NCBI RefSeq assembly: GCF_963676685.1
Contig: NC_092348.1
Span: 59,830,001 to 59,894,000, forward strand
DNA length: 64,000 nt
Reading direction: 5' to 3'
Source of the DNA: Mytilus edulis
Taxonomy: Eukaryota
The position numbers were made by a program, and so were the translations under genes. A model generated the notes under the pieces. The model saw nothing but the letters and a program-made list of their open reading frames with translations. It ran no database searches and had not been told where the DNA came from. Position 1 is the stretch's first letter, and every line of letters starts with the position of its first letter. Shown piece by piece: positions 12,201 to 25,600 of the stretch.

Positions 12201-15200
12201 GCACTCAAAAAGTAATCATACCATGCTTAACTAGTGGCACCCGTATTTGTGATCATGGTTAGTACACATTAGCAATGTCTTTTTTTCTTATGCTTATAAT
12301 AGAAAGTTCTTGACTTGAGTCATTTTTGGATTTCAAATGAAATGCACGAAAAGAACAGAAATATTGTAAAAAATAACTTACAAAAACACGACAAATTAAA
12401 GTAGAATAAACTTTGTCATTTAAACACTGATACATTTGAAAATAACTCTTCATAAATACCAGATTTAGAACTGAGACATGTGTATCGCCTACATATTTTA
12501 AAGTCTCATCGGTGGCGCTTGATACAAAATAATTGGAATGCCAAATCGAGCAGAAATTTAAAATAAATCGCATCCGTAATCAGATAGCCAAACAGACCTT
12601 TGTTTACATCATAACAACTTGGTCAGTGCTGTTTTTGGTGGTTTGCTAGTCTCAAGGGAACATTTCGTCCAGAAAGAACTGCCTCAGTATTTATAATCAA
12701 ACAATATATTTCGATTGCAAATTTTCAGATAATAAGTATGAAATCCTTCTGTCAAAGATGACCGGAGACGAGTTGTCCATTTATATTATAACACTTATTT
12801 ATTCTGCTCCCACACTTTTTTCACTCATATATAATGCCAGAGGAAATTCAAAGTTTCCAGAAATGCTTATTTTTGTTCACGAAATATGCATCATATGCGA
12901 ATATTTGATATTAATTCTTCTGTATAATATTTCTAACTTTCATCTACTATGTATTGCACATTTATCTTGCAGTAATTTGACATTGATGTTTGTTGTTTGT
13001 TTGTTTGTTTCAGATATGACAGTATGTAACAGATTTATTTATCTAATAACTGTGCTGTTGAAGATTATTCTCATCTTTGGATTTTTATACCTCTTCATAT
13101 GTGCACTTGGGTTCCTTAGTAATGCCTTCAAGTTAGTCGGAGGTAATGTATTATAAATCTAAAATTCAAATGTTATTTCTTTTTTTTAAAAGAATGAAAA
13201 CGCTTTGTTAGTCCTTATTAAAATGTCTTACTCTGTTATGATTTGTAATCTAAGATCTAAGATCTGATATATTTTTTAATGTAAATTTTCTAATAGAAAT
13301 AATGACATTGCAATCCTCGTGGGTTTTGGTCCTCAGATTGTATAAAAGTGATAGCGAGAAAGAAAATGATATAGCCTTGTAGAAAATGCTAAGATAATAC
13401 AACCAGAAAGTTCCTGACTAGAGAAAAACATATGAAAACATGTGACGGCATTAGATAATGTTAAGACCTCTTAACTCGCCCCTTTTGGTTCTCAGATAAT
13501 GGAATGGCAGATGTACATTGAAGATCGTACAAAAATGACTCTAAAACTCTTAAAGACCGCAGTCATTGAAAAAATAAACACGGATCAAAATCGGATAAAA
13601 CAAACACTAGAAATACCGTATCAACGAATTTCCTAAAGCAAAACACATCCACTAGTACGAATGGCAAAGGTTAAATTTACTTTAGAAAAGGAGTTTAGAG
13701 GGAAAAAAACTTATGTGAAAGGCTGCTATTGACGATAAAATTTCGATTTTCTTCTGTAGCAATATTTAACTATTCAAGTTGTTTCAATTTTTTCATAGCA
13801 GTATATGTGTAGCTTGTCGAAAACCTTTGCATTTCATTGTTTATATTTTTAAATTTTCATTCTTATAGGTAAAGCTGCTGGAAAAGTTTTCCGAGAAAAC
13901 GACATACTAACGAATCCTGTCGCTGGACTTATGATCGGTGTATTGGTGACAGTTCTTTTACAAAGTTCTTCAACTACGACATCGATAATAATCACAATGG
14001 TAGGGTCTGAAAGTAAGTAAATATATTATCATATTTTTGTAGATATAAATTGCAATGTAACAGATGGGAACCATGCATGCATTTTTTTGTAAGGGAACAA
14101 CCATTTCACTTCAAGGGAGGGTTATGGGTTTTTTTTTCTAAAAAATATTCTGATCCCAAATTTGATGGAAAAAAATATCTGGCCAAGCAGATGAAAAATA
14201 ATAATGTACTGAATCCCGATTTCCCCCATACCTGACAATGTTAGATATTGAAAACAATAATTTTATTGATAGCGGTGTAAAACTTTTCTGACTCAGACAA
14301 AAAATCATACCCCACCCCCTCACCCATTTTTCAAGTTAAATGGTGCTTTCTAAGTTATCAATTATACGGAAATGAACCCTGAAATTTAAAACAAACAAAA
14401 TATTTGAACCTAGTAGAATAAATATTGTTTTCTTATCGTTTCAGTAATTCCAATAAAAACCGCCATACCAATGGTAATGGGAGCAAATATCGGAACATCA
14501 GTGACAAATACCCTTGTTTCATTGGCACAATCTAGTGACAGAGAGGTATTCCGAAAGGCTTTTGGCGGCGCAACAGTACACGATATGTTTAACTGGTTGA
14601 CTGTTATTGTATTGCTTCCTATTGAATCGACTGTTCACTACCTATATCATTTAACGGGAGCTATTGTGCGAAGTTTAGAGCTTTCGAAATCTGGAAAGAA
14701 GAAAGATTTGCTGAAAGTTATTACAAAACCATTTACTGGTCTTATTGTTAAGGTAACTATTGCTCTTTGAAAAGTACAATTCAATCACAATGAAATCATT
14801 TTCTTAAAACGATGAAAGGTTTTAAAACGACAACAATAATGAACAACTTGAATTATTGATATTGGATCACAGCGAAGAGTTAAATTTTATCTAACCGAGC
14901 TGTTCAGTAGTTTGTTTTGTCTTGCCTGTCCTGGAACAGGTTCTCTTGTGCAAACTTAATTTGATTGTTTTCCATTATTTTATATTGTAATATTGCGTTG
15001 TTTTTCCCAAGTAGTTACATTTAAATGAATATGTTCTGAGCAATCATGTATTATACATGGTCATGTATATATATATGGCGTCGCAGACGCTAGAACCACA
15101 TTCAACATAATTACATTTTTGTACTCTAATTTTCCAGTAGCAGTCTAATTTTTCAACTTTCGACTCGGTCGAAAAACTTTTTGAATAATTGTTCTCATTC

Positions 15201-18200
15201 GAATGAAATGTTTGCCACTGTACGTAAAGCCAAGCCAAATCAATCACACGCACAACATATCGCTTTAGCGTATTAAGATTAACCTGTTCGAACTGATACT
15301 TTTTATATTAAATATAGGTGGACAAACACGTAATTACAAATATAGCATTGAACAAAGAGGGTGCCGAAGAGGGTTCAGTATTAAAAAGATGGTGTAAGTC
15401 TGTACATATCCCGTACAACAGTACTGTGAGTCACCATGAAGAGTACAGTAAGTATTTTTTTTCAATTGTGTATAATTGCGTCACAAGGGGGCTTCATGTT
15501 AAAAAAAAAAGCATGAATATATTTTGTGTGATTGCCAATCAGACAATTATCCACCAGAGACCAATTGACGAAAATACACTAGTTTTGACTAAATATGAGA
15601 GTGGGAAAAAAGTACTGGTTGATATCAATGAAAAATTCAACAAGATGACGGATTTCACACTAAAAAAGATATTAATATAAAGCGCAAAAATATGATCAGA
15701 GTTGTTGTTTAACCATTTTCGGTTCATCTATCACATTGCAGGCAAATGGAGGATAGATAAACCCATTTGCACGCTTCAACAGTACCGCTTAACCTTTTTA
15801 TTATGACTTATTTGCAGCCTCTATAAACATACTCAAGCTCTAAATGATAATGTATACTATAGTTCAGCGACATGGGACTGCGCTAAACTGAAAAACATAA
15901 AAATGAACCAAAATCTAAAAGAACACAAGACTAACAAAGGCTAGAGGTTCCTCACTTTGGACAGGCGCAAAAAAAAAAAACCATGAAGAACATACAAAAC
16001 CCTTGTTTATATCTTATTTAATGATTTGGTCAGTATGATTTAATTGACTTTCTTCTGGTACCTTAACTCATTTAGATTCTACATTAATTGAACAGCTAGA
16101 AACAGCGGGAACTAGATACACTTTAGGAATAATGGCTAACAGTAACACGTCTTTCATTAAATGGGAAACAAATGAGACACTAATAAAGAAGATAAATGTA
16201 GAAAGATGTAAGTAATACGTTATAATAGTTTAACCTTAAAAGTACCTCCCTCCAACCATTCATACAGAGTCTTGAAAAGGCCCTTCATTTCTGTTTTCTT
16301 TCATATTTGAGGCAATTTTTCCCTATTCTATAGTTTGCCAATAATTCTTTATATTAAAGTACCACATTATTCTCTGTTCTTTATTTGTTGAAGCCGTTTT
16401 TTTCCATTCTTTAATATTTTTACCTAATTTTTTGCAATATTGGCCCATTATTATTTATTTTGCAAACCACATCGAGACGCTCTGAAAAGACCTAAGTCTG
16501 GTCACGATAAGAAAGTTAGTTGTATCCTATAAACTAATTTCAATTTAAAAGATGGCAACGGTAAGGAGATACACAAATTGTAAATATATATGCATTCGAG
16601 TTACTGTAAACACCAAGGGTAACTGGTAGTTAGAAATATGGACACTTTGGTCTTTTTCCGACCTGCAATAAAACTCGTGCGTCCATTAACTGTATGTGTG
16701 TGATTTATAAAGTCACAGAAACGTACGGTCAGAATGGGGACATTTACTTCGATGCCTTCTGTAGATGAAACCACGCTTTCTGCACAGTAAAAAAAACACC
16801 CACAAGCAATGATTTCTCATCCTGAACAAGCTTGAAATAACTACAACTGGATTTCGATTAAGCAAAAATCAAACGAATTATTTAATGTCTTTCGAGTTAG
16901 TGCTTTTTAGATTTTCTAAACAAAACTTCTTCTTTGGACAATAAATTCATGTACTAATATATTTTATTTTTGCATATTTCAAACTTATCAGCCAAATATG
17001 GTTAGACTGGTGATAATTTATATTTTCTTTTTCATGTAGGTCATAACTTGTTTGCTCAGACGGATCTATCAGATTCAACCATTGGAGCATTACTTCTTGT
17101 AATATCTCTCTTTGTTATTGCTGTGGCACTGATATTTATGGTCAAACTCTTGAATTCACTGCTTAAAGGATCTGTAGCCAAAGTCGTAAAAAAGTTCATC
17201 AATTCTGATTTTCCAGGGTTGTTCAAATATCTTACTGGATATGTTGCTATCCTTATAGGAACAGGTTTGTAAAATTACGTTAGTGTATTATACAGATACA
17301 TGTTATTATAATTAAATTGATAATATAACTGTGCATCTATGGATTTCTTGTTTAAGGTGGTACCGTTTAAATTTCATAACATTTTAACAAAATATTTACT
17401 TTGACTCTTTGACAAAAATTTGAACCAAGCATTTTATCGAAAAATAGGTTAGATAAACACTAATTTTGATCATTGAGAACCTTAATAGTTCCTTAACCAT
17501 ACAACGTGATTATTTTTTTAGCTGGTTTTACAGTACTTATCTCCCTGTAGTTTTAGATACCACCTTATCAATCTAAATATATAGTCCTGAAATCTTGCAA
17601 AATTGTTTTTCTCAGTTTTTGATAGGTATAAAATAAAGAGATGTTGGAAGATTGCAAATGAGACCATATAGCATAGACGTGCATTTTTTAATCGGCAATT
17701 ATAAGATAATTAATTACTGCTAATATGTTCATGCCCCCGCCGTTTTGATCCAAAATGTATGTCGGTTTTTGACGCGTACCACGTCGGTTTAAATCTTGTT
17801 GACTTCAAAGCGATGAACGAATTATTCAGAAAAGTGTTCTAAAATATGCTAACATGCTAACCTTTTTATACGATTATATTTTTTTTTAACTATTTTACAG
17901 GAACAACGATGATTATCCAGAGTAGCTCCGTGTTTACATCTATACTTACCCCGTTGGTTGGTGTTGGAGTTGTTTCCCTTGATCGTATGCTTCCTTTGAC
18001 TCTTGGTGCTAATATCGGAACTTGTCTGACAGGCATATTAGCTGCATTAGCCAATCCGGCAAAAGCGATACCGAATGCTCTCCAAGTTGCACTCTGTCAT
18101 TTATTTTTCAACATTTCCGGAGTTCTTTTGTTTTATCCGATTCCAATTACAAGAAAGGCACCAATAAACTTAGCTAAAGGCCTGGGTAATATTACAGCAA

Positions 18201-18550
18201 AGTATCGATGGTTTCCGATCTGCTATTTAATACTTGTTTTCGTTGCCCTTCCGGGATTGATTTTTGTGTTATCATTAGCAGGAACGGTACCTTTTGCTGT
18301 TGTCGGTTCAATTATACTATTATTCTTAGTGTGCCTTATTGTCATAAACATTGCACAAAAGTATTGCCGCAGCAGGCTGCCAAGTTGTTTGAGGAATTGG
18401 GACTTTTTGCCATTGTGTTTTCGTTCCTTAAAACCAATTGACAAGCTAATTTCCAGTGTAATTGGAATATTCGTATGCTGTAGAAACCAAGAAAAGGAAA
18501 CAGACATGTCCGAAAAAGGTTCCAATAACAAAGCATTCACAATTTTGTAA
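6208..18550 (+). CDS. SLC34A2: Sodium-dependent phosphate transport protein 2 (SLC34/NaPi-IIb-like), copy A, intact, about 648 aa
   Basis: Phase-consistent GT-AG exons: 6208-6216 (MDN; alternative 4468-4476 MES), 7711-7791, 11878-12016, 13014-13142, 13869-14012, 14445-14752, 15318-15447, 16076-16207, 17040-17264, 17901-18550 (1947 nt, open). It has both QSSS repeats ([20 protein letters not shown]), GANIGT twice, [10 protein letters not shown], a Cys-rich tail and a C-terminal TIL. The first two small exons are less certain. The symbol is a family-level best match, not proven orthology. Confidence 0.93.
6960..7610 (+). mobile_element. Abundant SINE-like repeat with a Deu/Nin-like central segment
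   Basis: tgtgcctgtcccaag..ggagcctgtaattcagtggttgtcg and the 3' end ggagagttgtctcattggcaatcataccacatcttcttttttata. Partial or related copies at ~5204-5495(-), 10109-10395, 18645-18840, 42300-42370(-), 58055-58230, 60680-60950 and 63310-63425(-). Confidence 0.7.
9602..10789. mobile_element. Foldback-type element built from AGAACTG/CAGTTCT repeats, with a nested SINE-like insert
   Basis: Imperfect terminal IR agatcacttctaacctc / gaggttagaacttatct; many ~25-bp tagaactgatttagacagttctacc units; insert at ~10109-10395 flanked by ttag. Confidence 0.7.
11475..11691. mobile_element. MITE with ~50-bp TIRs
   Basis: aatagggctcttcacggttagttcggccatattgga... and its reverse complement ending ...ccgtgaagagccctatt. 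Confidence 0.85.
14093..14350. mobile_element. Degenerate Tourist/Harbinger-like MITE in an intron of copy A
   Basis: gggaacaaccatttcacttcaa ... ttcaagttaaatggtgctttc, flanked by taa; ends related to 26610-26889. Confidence 0.5.
17356..17564. mobile_element. Short MITE in an intron of copy A
   Basis: Ends ggtggta / taccacc flanked by ttaa and ttat. Confidence 0.45.
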
Positions 18551-20121
18551 TTTGAACACGTACATTTATGAAAACGTTAACAACATCACAGCATTTTCTG
18601 TTTTGTTTGTTGTATACGTACGTGGTTGAAATATGAACGTTTTTATATAGATTACACTGCTGGTTTTGTCGTTTGAATTGTTGCACACTAGTATTTTTGG
18701 GGACTTTATGGCTTTCTGTTAGTTGTGAGCCAAGGCTCCGCGTTGAAGACCGTACCTTGAACTATAATGGTTTACTTTTATAAATTGTTACTTGGATGGA
18801 GAGTTGTCTTATTGGCACTCATACCACATCTTCCTATATCTAAATATTGATATTATAAAATATACCTTTTGAATCTACTTTCTTGATAGCATTTATGCAA
18901 TATGTTAAAGGATTAAATGCCTTTTTAAGGGAATTTATTGGTGTATTAACTCGACCAATTCACTCACAAACAAATAAAAGTCCTTTTATGATATGTTTAA
19001 AATTGGAGATCGGGAATATAGTTTTCCACACTCATTACCTCTATCACACGTAAATTGTGTGTCACATTTATGTCATTGAATAGGTCAATGTCATTGAAAA
19101 GGTCTAGCGCATGAATATATTTGTTGGGTAACGCAAAAATATGTACTCTATGAAACTGATTTACTATCTGATAAAAAGTAAACTGCAAAAACTCTTATTA
19201 ACATTCAAACGAATGTTGTGTATTATTTTATTTAATGATTAACGTGCAGCAAGAACGTATAACTAACAAATTGATGGAGAAATCTCGAAGCGGCGGTTCC
19301 CGCTGAAGCTTTCTGCAGATCTCGTGTTTTCTCGCGATTCGCGGCACTTCTCGGATTTTATCAAGACGGTGTCGGGAGTTTCCTATCCTTCTAATATACG
19401 TCCTTGCGTGCAGTGAAAATAAATTTGGTAACGTCGGTGTTATTACTACTGTTATCTTGTTTACATTGGTTACGAAAAGAAGTTCGGTCAGCGTCGTCTA
19501 TCGAAAAAAAAAAAAGTCAAGCTCAACTACCGGAAGTTCTCTCGACCAATCATATCAACGTATTTACTAATATTGCAAATCATATAAGAATTATAACGAT
19601 ATAAATTGAAATACAACTTGCACTTGGGTAGTAGAGATAACTCTCGTTATGTCGAATCACTTAGGATTAAAGAAATCAAGCTAAAAATTCGAGATGTAAG
19701 GAGAAAATATGTATACTTATTTCGGTTGAGGATCCACATACTCTGTTCGGGTTATCTAGAATTTTGACTTAAATGAGTTCATGATAACGTGAGTCGGTTA
19801 TAGTTTTGTAGAATTTTTGTTCATTTCTATTACATTGATTGCACTGCTGGTGCATGGACTCTCAAAATCCTAGAGATTATACTCCGTTAAGTCGTCAATG
19901 AAACAGAGATAGTCGTGTTTATCATGAAAATCGTAAATGATTATCATTATCTCCATTATGACCATATGGTGGTGAAATATTTAATTTCAATTTTGTTTTC
20001 ATGACGAAACTAGGGCATCATATATCTGACTCTTTGTACATTTCTCCTGGTAATGCGGCAATATATATATATTTATAATACCATCTTGTCAATATATGTC
20101 TGAACGATTTATTGATCAGTC

Positions 20122-21488
20122 TATATGTTGTGTACAAGTTATCATTTTGTACAAATTATAATTTGTACAAAAATATTGTACAAATTATAATTTGTATTTT
20201 GACTTTGTACAAATTGTAATTTGTACAAAAAGTGCTTGTACAAATTACAATTTGTACAAAAACGGGCACAAAATCACTTATAACTTGTACAATAATTTAT
20301 CATATGGATTTTTGTGAAAAAAGCATTGATACACATTATTGAATTGCTATTAAATGACCTCACAGTACATCTAAGTTACAAAATTCAAAAGCAGTTCTTT
20401 ATCATTCGTTTAAGCAGGTGATGTAGTGATATATGGAATCGGGTATTGCACAACATTTTTTGACTCTCAAATCGATGACAACCTGTTTTACAGGCAAATT
20501 TAAACTGCTTAGACAAATAAATGTCTCAGAAAGAAAGCGAGATTAAACCCACGATTTGGTTAGGAATATGACTTGGCTAAAGTCAGGAATATGTCAGTTG
20601 TTTTGTGTCGTTTTTTATCATTTTTTTTCAACAAGGTTCTTTGTTTTATTGATATCTATGACTGTGCATAAAACTTAACGGAAATCAGTTGAGGCAATAC
20701 AACTTATGCAGAACAGACAGACGGACTTTTATTTTTATAAGAAAACTAGTTGGTGTAGTATTATAAAATCATCAGACCCAATGGCATTGAACCATTTATC
20801 TTTTCACAAACAAAATTGAAGTGAAATAAGTCAGGTAAATCCAATCTTTTTATGTTCCAATTACAAATATAAATCATCTCTTGTTTAAAGAAATCTTTGA
20901 TTGTTTCCTTGGACTTTTTGAAATAACGAATAAGTGACAACAAATCTTTCGAGATCATTTTCACGATCTTTCACGATCCATAATATCAAATTTTACAAAT
21001 ATACTCGTTTTTGCAAAGTTTCTGAATTTAAAAAAAAAATCTAAATAGCGACAAGAACTAATTATAAAGTACTATTGAATGATACTTTTTTCTAAAGGAA
21101 TAGTGGTTTATGTTTTAAAAATTTGAAAAAATCGTATTTGTATACTTTTTTTCTCTCAAAAATTTCGAAAATCTATCTGCCTTTTGTAGTTGTTTGAAAC
21201 GGTATATTTTGTTAATAAGGTTTAATGTGTGGTCAGTGAATTACAGTTCTATCCTGTGAATCAATGCATTTTTCACCAAAATTCATATTTAAAAATGTTG
21301 TACAAGTTATAAGTGAATTTTTGTCAAATTTTGTACAAATTGTAATTTGTACAGGCACTTTTTGTACAAATTATAATTTGTTTGTACAAATTATAATTTG
21401 TACAAAGGCAAAATACAAATTATAATTTGTACAATATTTTTGTACAAATTATAATTTGTACAAAATGATAACTTGTACACAACATATA
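20122..21488. mobile_element. Foldback-like element with ~170-bp TIRs made of TGTACA palindromic repeats
   Basis: tatatgttgtgtacaagttatcattttgtacaaattataatttgtac... at the left and its reverse complement ending ...gataacttgtacacaacatata at the right. Confidence 0.85.
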
Positions 21489-22606
21489 TACATGTTCATA
21501 GACAACAAACATTCTGGTTATTTCGATGTAAAATTCGATGTAAAATGTACCTATATAACTCTACATTGTACTTTTAGATTAGAGGTGAAAATGTAGATAA
21601 AACTCTTTTTTGTATCTTTTTGTAATAAACTTTTTATTTTATGTGTTGTTATTTGTAATCTTTCTTAATTAGTTGTGGTTGTCACTTAACCCCACCACCA
21701 CCGTTTTAAACATAGTAATAGGCTTCGCCGATCCGTAACACATTATACGTTGTTTTCATCTTAGATAAAAATTAATGACACTCTTGTTGGCGGCATTCAT
21801 GTTTACCAGAATTATTTTTCGATGTGTGAAAGTGGCCTTAACGCACCGGCATTTTTCTTGGATGATTTTTTTTACAATAATCTATGGATATATTTTGTTC
21901 AGCTCGGCTTTAGTTGTGTGCTGGATGCTTTGACATTACGACTTGTCATTATTATTGCGTTTCTTGTTAACTTAAAATACACCATGTTTCCTCGGACTCT
22001 CTTTATGTCTACCGTTAGTCCTGTCCAGTCTTTTGGGTTATTATAAAAGAAAAAGCAGAGACACATGTCGCTGCGATGTTCCTTTATTTTCTCAACATAA
22101 TGAAGTCGATAATGGAATGCGGTGTGGGACAATTGAGTTAGGCCGCTTTGTACAAATATTAAGAACTTTATTCTTGGAACGTTATTAACTCTTGAAGATT
22201 TGTTCATCTAAGTGTACAATGCAGAAATTTGCTCGCATCATGTAGTAACAAACTGAAATTTCATTCATATTGAAAGTGGAACTTGTCGTTGCTATACCTA
22301 CATGTAAAAGTAAAACCAAAGAGCTGCAAAGGGATAAATTAAAAACAAAGTCCTATAGAAAAACAAGGGATATGGGGTATCCATCCATGATTTAAAATCA
22401 GTAAATGCACAACAAAATAACATACAAAAACCAAAGGAATAGCGATTTTATTGCCACTCTTCAAAGTCACAGTGAGACCTAAACACTGAGCACAAAAACT
22501 CTCATCTCACTGCAATGTATGTTTTAATAACATTAATTATGACAAATCTTTGAAAGATAGCATCTGTCGATATAGAGTTTCAATCGGTAGTTGACAATAA
22601 CGTATT

Positions 22607-25600
22607 TTATTGGCGTCCGTATAAGCAATGCATGGTTGCTGTTTTATCAAATGCTGAATCGTCAGATTCTGTACCATCCATGTAAAACTGCACCTGAAAA
22701 GATATATAGATAGACACAATTTTCGAACTTGTGCTAAGTGTTCTTAAAGTGTTGGGGCTATATTGTAATCCCCCGGGTCGGGTCCATCCGTTCGTAAGTC
22801 AATTTAACACCATGATGCGTGCAACTTATTTTTGACAATTCACTTTTAACACACGATATTTGTCAGATAAGTGTATACGTGTGATGGATGAACGAATAAA
22901 GAAAGAAACCAAGAAAGAAACTAACGAACGAACGAACGAACGAACGAACGAATGTTCTAGCAAACGAAAGAATGATGAACTTACTTACGGACGGACCGAC
23001 AGATCTACAGAAGACAACGACGATGATGATGATGGCTATATAACGCTCAAAGGCAAATTAAATGCATTTTCAAGGAAAAATAAGTTATTGTGAACCCTCC
23101 ATTGAACAATACAGACAAACTAATCTGAATGTTGAACTTGCTTTTACACAAGGTAGCCGTCCAAAAGAAGACACGTTACCATACCCGGGCGTTATATTTT
23201 AACTTTGTTCTTACTCCTTAATGCAGCATGCTTAGCGGATAGGCAGTAAAAAAATAATTTTGTATGACCTTGCTGAGGATCGAACCCATTACTTCCTACT
23301 CCCGGGGCGAGAACACTAAGTCTACCATGTATCACCGAAACGGTATGCCACACAATGTTCAATATCAATCAGTTAACTAATTCATAACCTAAAGATTTGA
23401 ATCAATACAAATCTAACTGAATGACTGAACAAGGACATGGGAAATTTTGCATCTTATTTCAAACGTAAAATATTGATCCAATTAATAAATGATGTATTAT
23501 AAAGCATTTCAAAGCATATTTGGCACTCAGCATATATGTATTTTGCAATGTTTTCCAACCCATTTAATTAGAGGCAAAACAGATAAATATACAAAACTTT
23601 AAATATGAAAGAAAAAAATATAAAGTAGTATAGTTTTTCTTAGGTATTTGAATCTACAACATTAAAACTAAAATTTGGGATTTTTTTCATCGTTGAAAGC
23701 ATACTAGCGGCTTCTAGTTATTTAAAAAAAAAGTTGTTACATTGTCGCCACTCCCATCACTCATTCTCAATTATGTTCTACTCTCTTTCCAATTATAACA
23801 AACATTGTACCCCGTATTTCCAATTATTCATAAACCTGTAATACATAGACAATAACTGATAAGTGTCTTTAAATGACAGTTGTATGACGTTATGCACGAT
23901 ATTGAGTCTCAAATGGTAACGTAAAATTTTTACGTTTTACGGCGATTACCGATTATTTGAGATAAGTTTTGTATTTCGCTTGCAATTTTTTTTTTGTACA
24001 TCAATATGTTGTACTGAATATGCACGAGTAATATTTCCCAATGAAAGTAACGTAAGCAACAAACAACAAAATATATCGTATTTTAGTAATGCATAAACTA
24101 TATGAAATGAGAAGATATATATACGGTATGATGAGTGCCAATGAGACAACTCTCTACCATGTTCACACATTCAGCTGAAGACGGGTTCGCAAAAAAAAGA
24201 ATCTAGAATGGTCGCTCAAGGTGAATAATTATCTTTTGTAACATAACAACTAATTTCAACAGTAAAAAACAAATAACAAAACATTGTCCAATTTGAAACA
24301 GAAGTGTACGAGCTGCCCTACGCTTCAGACTTGACATTAACTAAACATGCATGCTGAAATAGACATGTTTGATTTTGTTACACAATCATACACATTCAAG
24401 TTTTGAAATCGATAATTGTCATCGTAGAAAAGACTGCTGTTCATGTGTGCATGTTATCAAAAGGAAAGGTGTAATCATTATTGCTCTAAATGTTTGAAAA
24501 CAAACAGAACGTATATATAAGTAATCGTTAATTCGCATAAGGTCAAACAATACGTCATTGGAATGCGACTCCAATACACATTCTGAGGTCACGCAGGTTC
24601 ATACAATACTCAGTCCGGCAGTGGACAGAGCTTTAAAGCGATACCTTTATAACATACAGATACAGCATACCGATATCTGTAGGGTTGAATCTGTAAAGTA
24701 GGACACCCAATTGCAGAATAAATATATATATACTGACCATTTCAGAATTCAAAAATGAATGCAGTTTCACAAATTTGTCATTTTCTTTACTTGCTTCTAA
24801 ACATAATGTTTCTAGATGACGATTAGGATTCTCAGTCAGATCGTCAAGCAATAGTCCTGAAAAAATATATTCCATTAACATATATATCTAGACTCATCTC
24901 GAGAATCAATTATAACAATTAAATTAACTAACCAATACATGTATATCTAATCATTTTTAAAGTACTAGAAGTAAGCTATTTTGTGAAACGGTGTCTTTTT
25001 TTCTTAAATACTCGAACACGCATTTTTAAATTTCTGCAGACCTTTGTTCACAACATTTGCCATTCTGTATATATAATCATTATGATTATTCATAATAGTG
25101 CTGACAAAAATATTTGGAGATGGTAATGGCTTCAAACCTTGTGTTATTGAAGTAAGGTTGTTTTTATTGACTGATGTTATTTTCGTAAGTCATGGTCTAC
25201 TCGAGTTCTATGCACGTGTTGTTACTACTTTTCATAAAAAAAAATGGAAAACAACACGTTTAATAATTTCTTGCGTCCGAAGCGCTTTTCTGGATTTACA
25301 TTCATCAGGAACGCTCAAAGCCAAACATTTTAAAATCCGAAGACAGATAAGTATCGAAAATCGTTGAAGAGCTATATGTCAAAAATACCTAAAATAAATA
25401 GCCATATTCATCTAAGGCCAACTTTGCCTGAGGGAGTTGAAACCTTAGTTTCATAATACTTTCAAAATTTATTAACGGACAATTTTAGTAAACTTTGTTA
25501 AATGTGTCCCATTGCTGTATTCCTTACAGGTAGATGATGGATAGATGTGTGGATGGCGAGCTGTTTAACGTCCAAGGCCATAAAAAAAAAAAGAATAGGT

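Noticed and set aside
12470-12520. Very degenerate hammerhead-like remnant on the minus strand (CCGAUGA...GAUA)
   Set aside because: Both core boxes are mutated; too decayed to list as a ribozyme.
21780-22207. Minus-strand 102-aa ORF and an adjacent frame with faint likeness to an L1-type endonuclease (KIILVNMNAAN)
   Set aside because: The similarity is too weak to call without a search.
22860-23093. 77-aa ORF with TNER repeats
   Set aside because: Translation of an (AACG)n microsatellite.
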